A stretch of 64,000 nt of DNA, from assembly GCA_016199215.1 (NCBI GenBank), contig JACQHB010000009.1:4905-68904 (forward strand), in the 5' to 3' direction. The DNA comes from Candidatus Doudnabacteria bacterium (GTDB lineage Bacteria; Patescibacteriota; Doudnabacteria; UBA920; O2-02-FULL-48-8). The notes under the pieces were generated by a model that was not told the origin of the DNA, made no database searches, and saw only the letters and a program-made list of their open reading frames with translations. Both the position numbers and the translations under genes were made by a program. Shown piece by piece: positions 59,200 to 64,000 of this stretch (positions within the stretch are counted from its first letter, which is position 1; the number at the start of each line of letters is the position of its first letter).

Positions 59200-59985
59200 A
59201 TGTTGATGACCAAACCAGTGGCAAAACCCGAAGAAGCCGTGGAGCAGTTAATTGGGGAGCAGTTTACCGAGTGGCTTATGGAATATATCTTTTTAAAGAT
59301 ACATGACGAGCCGGAAATGTCACTTATAAAAACTGCCAAACCAAAGATTGAGAAATTAAGGAAATTTTTGCTGCAATTGTTTTTGACTGACGAGGCTTTT
59401 GTCGGCGGGGCGGAAGGCGATCCGGGCTTTTTGCGCTTTGCGATCGCTAACTTATCCGAATCGAATGATCCGCAGGCCGAAGGCGCCTTGAATATATTGG
59501 AAAAACGCCGGCAAGAAGAACTGTTGGGTCATAAGGTTGAGAAAGGAATAATTTGGACCCGCTCGCGGGAGCTTTGGATCAAACTCTTTAAGGCCTTGGG
59601 CCTGACGCCGGAAGAAGTCAACCGCACGGAATCCAAAGAATGGACCAGAAATTATATTTCTGAGATTTCAGATTTGCTTTCCAACGCTGACTGGCAAGTG
59701 GCCGCGGGAGTTTTTACGGTTTTTGAACGCGCCATCCCCGAGGAATATAAGGCCGTGATTAATTTATTGAGGAACAATTCGCAAATTTCCGATCAGGATC
59801 TGGAAGTCTTAACCAAAAGAGTAAATATGTACGACCAATATGCGAAGGAAAGCATGCATATTTTGGAAAAAATTGTTTTCGACCCCCAATCCAAACAGCT
59901 GATTTGGGAAGGAGTGAGCAAACACCTGGAAGCCAGACGCGAGTTTTACTCCGGCAATATTAAATATCTGGAAGCGACCACCTAA
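59200..59985 (+). CDS. Heme-oxygenase-like (CADD/PqqC/TenA-type) helical protein, ligands apparently degenerate
   Basis: EE...ELWIKLFKALGL and AAGVFTVFERAIPEEY pattern. Confidence 0.55.
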   Translation: MLMTKPVAKPEEAVEQLIGEQFTEWLMEYIFLKIHDEPEMSLIKTAKPKIEKLRKFLLQLFLTDEAFVGGAEGDPGFLRFAIANLSESNDPQAEGALNILEKRRQEELLGHKVEKGIIWTRSRELWIKLFKALGLTPEEVNRTESKEWTRNYISEISDLLSNADWQVAAGVFTVFERAIPEEYKAVINLLRNNSQISDQDLEVLTKRVNMYDQYAKESMHILEKIVFDPQSKQLIWEGVSKHLEARREFYSGNIKYLEATT

Positions 59986-60025
59986 AAACCGTCCCAATGT
60001 TGGGGCGGTTTTTTGTTATTTTCAG

Positions 60026-60781
60026 CTAATCGGAGTCGTCCTCATCCTCGCTGTCCTGGCTTGACTCACCGCTATTCTGACTCCCTTTGTGCCTGTTCCG
60101 CTCTTCCTTGACTTTGATTTTGGCTTGCTCGATTTGCTTGAAATTTTCTTCGAGCCTGCCTTGCAGCTCCTCGTCGTCCCCGATTTTAATCCGGATTTTG
60201 TTCATTTCTGCTTCGTTGGTATCGGCCAGGTCTTCCAGTTTGATTAAAACTTGATCCAGCTTGGCCGCGGCTTCATCATTGCCGTCTGCCATAGTCTTTT
60301 CCCTGGCCATAGTCACTGATTCAATCGCCCTGCTTAAGCCGTTTACTGATTGATTGACCGCTTCGACTTTTTGCTCTTTTCGGTCGGAAGCTGAATTGGA
60401 AAGCTCGTCTAATTCCAATGCCCGTTCGTTTACGAACCTTACGTGCAGCTTGGCTTTGGTCTGTACTGTTGGCGCAAGTTTTAAGGCTATATTTTCCTGC
60501 CACGTATCCAGCAAGAAAAGCCTATCGCCCGGTTTGGAAGAATTGGCATAAGCCAAAGTGGTAGTCAGGCCTATGGCCACGACGGCTAAAGCGGAGGCAA
60601 AACCGTATTTTGGAATCAGCCGGCGATGATTGAAAACGCTGTCTTGTTTTGGCTGAGGCCGGTTAGCAAGAGACGAAAGCAGTTTGATTTTTAAGGAGTC
60701 TTTGGCAAATGGAAAATCAGGCTGATTTTTGATCAGGTTGATGATTTTTTCTTTTTCAGATTTTGACTTTAACCAAAACAT
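60026..60781 (-). CDS. Putative anti-sigma factor (single TM plus DUF5667-like domain)
   Basis: TM followed by SKPGDRLFLLD..E.I.L; directly downstream of the ECF sigma gene. Confidence 0.65.
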   Translation of the reverse strand: MFWLKSKSEKEKIINLIKNQPDFPFAKDSLKIKLLSSLANRPQPKQDSVFNHRRLIPKYGFASALAVVAIGLTTTLAYANSSKPGDRLFLLDTWQENIALKLAPTVQTKAKLHVRFVNERALELDELSNSASDRKEQKVEAVNQSVNGLSRAIESVTMAREKTMADGNDEAAAKLDQVLIKLEDLADTNEAEMNKIRIKIGDDEELQGRLEENFKQIEQAKIKVKEERNRHKGSQNSGESSQDSEDEDDSD

Positions 60782-60784
60782 GTC

Positions 60785-61333
60785 TTAGATTTTCCCGGCT
60801 AATTTTTTCTTCAGCGCCCCAATCGCCCGGTGCTGCAACACCCTGACTGCGACCTCGCTTTTGCCCAATACCTGCGCCGTTTCCGAAACCGAAAGCTGCT
60901 GTTTAAACCTCAAATCCAAAACCGTCTGCTGTTCCAATGAAAGTTCCGAAAGCGCGGCCCATAAAAACTCATAGTCTTCAAAGCCTTCAGGATCCTGGCT
61001 CAGATTGGCCAGGTTTTCCACCTTCTCAAGTTCAACCGTCTGTTTCCGCACTCGCCAGTAATCAATCAGAGTGTGCTGGGTGATCTGGAAGACCCAGGTG
61101 GAGAATTTAGCCGACTTTCGAGGCTGGTAGCGGCGGATGTTGTTCCAGGTTTTCAAAAAAACAGTGTGGACCAAGTCCTCCGAAGTTTCTTTATGCCGCA
61201 GGCGGCTGAATAAAAAGTTGTAAATGCTTTGGGCGTAAATTTCATAAATCCGCCCGAAAGCCTCCTTGTCTCCTGCTTGGGCGGACTTTATCAGCTGTTG
61301 AATTTGGTCTTCTGGGATCTTTTCGCTCTGCAT
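60785..61333 (-). CDS. ECF sigma-70 factor
   Basis: AQAGDKEAFGRIY, FSTWVFQI and ETAQVLGKSEVAVRVLQHRA; likely start at MQSEK. Confidence 0.9.
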   Translation of the reverse strand: MQSEKIPEDQIQQLIKSAQAGDKEAFGRIYEIYAQSIYNFLFSRLRHKETSEDLVHTVFLKTWNNIRRYQPRKSAKFSTWVFQITQHTLIDYWRVRKQTVELEKVENLANLSQDPEGFEDYEFLWAALSELSLEQQTVLDLRFKQQLSVSETAQVLGKSEVAVRVLQHRAIGALKKKLAGKI

Positions 61334-61440
61334 TTTAATCGATTTAACGACCGAATAGTTACAATTTATTGCCAGCCCAGTAAGGTTAGCAAAACTTAAC
61401 AAAAAATGCTAGAATAATTCGTACAAGAACGCGAACAATC

Positions 61441-62286
61441 ATGCAAGTTATTGACGGGAATGCCATTGCTGCGGATATTTTATCCAAGCTTAGGGCCAAA
61501 ATTATAAAGCAAAATTTGAGGCCCCATCTGGGCGTGGTTTTGGTTGGAGATAATCAGGCTTCGAAGACCTACGTTAGAAAAAAACAAGAAGCAGCAGAAT
61601 CAATCGGAGTTAAATTTTCCCTCTATAGGTTTCCGGAAAATATCCAGCAAGGGGAACTCGAGGAGGAAATAGATCTGATTCAACAAGAGGATCTTTCCGG
61701 AATTATAGTCCAGCTCCCTCTGCCTAAGGACCTTGACAAAAAAACTGTTTTAAACAAACTTACCGCGGACATTGATGTTGATTTTTTGACCTGGGTCTCG
61801 TTAGGCAAACTGCTAATTGGAGAAACTTCAATGCTGCCGCCATCACCCGCCGCGGTAATGGAAATTTTAAGTAGATACAAAGTTGACCTTAGAGGCAAGC
61901 ATGTGGTTTTGGTAGGCTCGGGGGACCTTATAGGCAAGCCGCTTAAGAATATTTTAGTCAAACTCCCCTTAACCCTGACTGTTTGCAACAAGGACACAAA
62001 AAATTTGCCTAAATTCACCAAAATGGCCGATATTATTATTACTGGTGTTGGGAAACCGGGTATGATCAAAGGAAATATGGTGAAATCAGGTGTCGTGGCG
62101 ATTGATGCCGGGGTTTCGTTTGAAGGCAAAAAACAAAAAGGGGATTTGGATTTCGCTTCGGTTTCTAAAAAAGCCAGCCTGATCACTCCAACTCCTGGCG
62201 GAGTCGGCCCAATCACTGTTGCCAAACTTTTAGAAAATACCGTGATTAATGCCGCCAGAAAAGTAAACTGGAAACAAGTAAGATGA
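61441..62286 (+). CDS. folD: Methylenetetrahydrofolate dehydrogenase/cyclohydrolase
   Basis: YVRKK, GIIVQLPLP, DVD and TPTPGGVGPITVA. Confidence 0.93.
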   Translation: MQVIDGNAIAADILSKLRAKIIKQNLRPHLGVVLVGDNQASKTYVRKKQEAAESIGVKFSLYRFPENIQQGELEEEIDLIQQEDLSGIIVQLPLPKDLDKKTVLNKLTADIDVDFLTWVSLGKLLIGETSMLPPSPAAVMEILSRYKVDLRGKHVVLVGSGDLIGKPLKNILVKLPLTLTVCNKDTKNLPKFTKMADIIITGVGKPGMIKGNMVKSGVVAIDAGVSFEGKKQKGDLDFASVSKKASLITPTPGGVGPITVAKLLENTVINAARKVNWKQVR

Positions 62287-63251
62287 ATGAAGTAATAATT
62301 ATCGGTGGCGGGGTGGCGGCGTTTTCAGCCGCTTTGTTCGCGGCAAGGCGAGGCTTGTCGGTTTTGGTGTTAGGAAAAGATATTGGCGGACAGGCAAATT
62401 TTACGGATGTGATTGAGAATTATCCCGGCCTGCCCCGGGTCGGAGGCAATGAGCTGGTGGAATCGATTAAAAAGCAGGCCTTAGGTTTTGGAGCTAAGTT
62501 TGAGACGGCTGAGGTAAGTAAGATTAGAAAAGCGCCAGGAGGCAATTTTATTGTTTTTGCATACGGCAAGCAATATAAATCCCAAAGTATAATTTTGGCT
62601 TTTGGGAAAACTCCAAAAGATCTGGATGTGCCTGGAGAAGAAGAATTCAAGGGCAAAGGAATTGTTTATTGCGGAATCTGCGACGGACCCTTATTTAAAA
62701 ACAAAATTGTGGCAGTGGTCGGAGTCGGGGACCTGGCCATTGAAGAGGCTTTATTTTGCGCCAAATTCGCCAAGCGTGTATTTTTACTGTCCAAAACGGA
62801 TAAAATCATGGGGCATCCGGCATTGGTCAAGGCTATTTCGAAAAAATCGAATATCGAGATTTTGCAGTTTGTTCGAGTGGAAGAAATTAAAGGAAGATCG
62901 GAAGTGGAAAGCCTGAAGCTGCTGGATTTAAAAACGAATAAGCCCAAACATTTGCCAATTAACGGAATATTAGTAGAATTAGGATACGTGGTTAAATCAG
63001 AATTTGTTGCTGGCTTGGTTAAGCTGGACCAAAATAGCCAGATCATCGTCAATCCGGACCAATCTACTTCCTGCGAAGGAATTTTTGCCGCCGGAGACGC
63101 GACCAACAGGCCTTATAAGCAGGCCACGATTTCAGCCGGGGAGGGAGCAGCAGCAGGCTTGGCCGCCTTTGACTGGCTAATGAGGCAAAGATCGGGGCAA
63201 GGCTTGACCTCGGATTGGACACAGATCAAGAAGGTTAAAATTAAAAAATAA
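62283..63251 (+). CDS. Thioredoxin-reductase-like FAD oxidoreductase
   Basis: IIGGG, IENYPG, CGICDG and GIFAAGD. Confidence 0.88.
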   Translation: MNEVIIIGGGVAAFSAALFAARRGLSVLVLGKDIGGQANFTDVIENYPGLPRVGGNELVESIKKQALGFGAKFETAEVSKIRKAPGGNFIVFAYGKQYKSQSIILAFGKTPKDLDVPGEEEFKGKGIVYCGICDGPLFKNKIVAVVGVGDLAIEEALFCAKFAKRVFLLSKTDKIMGHPALVKAISKKSNIEILQFVRVEEIKGRSEVESLKLLDLKTNKPKHLPINGILVELGYVVKSEFVAGLVKLDQNSQIIVNPDQSTSCEGIFAAGDATNRPYKQATISAGEGAAAGLAAFDWLMRQRSGQGLTSDWTQIKKVKIKK

Positions 63252-63298
63252 AAATTCAAAAATTTTTATCTTTTCCTTTTTAATTTTGAATTACTTTT

Positions 63299-64000
63299 AT
63301 GAATCACTACAAGCTCATAATCATTGGATCGGGGCCCGCGGGATTGACTGCCGCGATTTACTCGGCTAGGGCCGAACTAAGTCCGCTCGTCATAGCAGGC
63401 CTGACTTTTGGCGGTCAATTAATGACCACGACTGAAGTCGAAAATTATCCTGGTTTTCCCAAAGGGGTGCAGGGGCCGGAATTGATGCAGCAGATGATAG
63501 CGCAGGCCGAGCGGTTTGGCGCGGCCATAATTTATGAAGACGCGGTCAAGGTTGATTTTGGCAAAAAACCCTTCAAAATTACCACTGGAGAAAAGGAGTA
63601 TTCCGCCGATTGCGTGATCATTGCCACGGGCGCGGTCTACAAGTGGCTGGATATTCCATCAGAAACCCGTTTGCGCGGCAGAGGCATATCAGCTTGCGCT
63701 ACTTGCGACGGTTTCTTTTTCAAGGATAAAGAATTGGTGGTGGTAGGCGGCGGGGATGCGGCCATGGAGGAGGCGATTTATTTGACCAAATTTGCCACCA
63801 AGGTTACAATTTTAAACCGGAGCGACATGTTGCGAGCTTCCAAAATAATGGCCCAGCGGGCAAAAGACAACCCTAAAATCACCATTCTTTACGATAAAAC
63901 AGTCCAGGAGTTTCTTGGAGACGAAAAGCTGACCGGGATATTGGTTAAGGATGCCAAAAGCGGAGAAGTGGAAGAGGTAAAAATTGGCGGGGCTTTCATA
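63299..64000 (+). CDS. trxB: Thioredoxin reductase (runs off the window; not in the ORF track)
   Basis: Hand translation: MNHYKLIIIGSGPAGLTAAIY...ENYPGF...SACATCDGFFFK...VVGGGDAAMEEA. Confidence 0.92.
   Translation, partial: MNHYKLIIIGSGPAGLTAAIYSARAELSPLVIAGLTFGGQLMTTTEVENYPGFPKGVQGPELMQQMIAQAERFGAAIIYEDAVKVDFGKKPFKITTGEKEYSADCVIIATGAVYKWLDIPSETRLRGRGISACATCDGFFFKDKELVVVGGGDAAMEEAIYLTKFATKVTILNRSDMLRASKIMAQRAKDNPKITILYDKTVQEFLGDEKLTGILVKDAKSGEVEEVKIGGAFI

Noticed and set aside
253-63106. Numerous short antisense or out-of-frame ORFs within housekeeping genes
   Set aside because: They are nested in well-supported genes and have no recognisable motifs.

Overview
Chromosomal segment of a small-genome bacterium. 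Gene content, near-absence of Shine-Dalgarno sites and streamlined proteins suggest Patescibacteria/CPR (inference). It spans the probable replication origin (jag-yidC-yidD-rnpA-rpmH / dnaA-dnaN-recF) and many housekeeping genes (gyrA, ruvABC, tyrS, polA, uvrB, rpoBC, valS, tsaBDE, folD, two trxB-like genes, tRNA-Glu). The main accessory system is a diversity-generating retroelement (DGR) at ~28.9-31.6 kb: a target gene with a variable repeat (VR), a template repeat (TR) differing from it almost only at adenines, an antisense avd gene and a reverse transcriptase. It appears doubly switched off. A G10 tract puts the natural avd start codon out of frame (G9 would restore it, a candidate phase-variation switch), and the RT is frameshifted just before YADD. 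Other notable items: (1) a Mu Com-like zinc-finger gene followed by GAGNNCC motifs that overlap a terminator upstream of two secreted repeat proteins, a candidate antitermination switch; (2) a GGDEF protein with the D-to-T signature of Hypr cGAMP synthases; (3) ~96-bp MITE-like elements with 13-bp TIRs and 4-bp TSDs; (4) a structured mini-element at the tRNA-Glu 3' end; (5) several palindromic or heptamer repeat families inserted in frame in essential genes. All alignments and counts were done by hand; no database searches were run.
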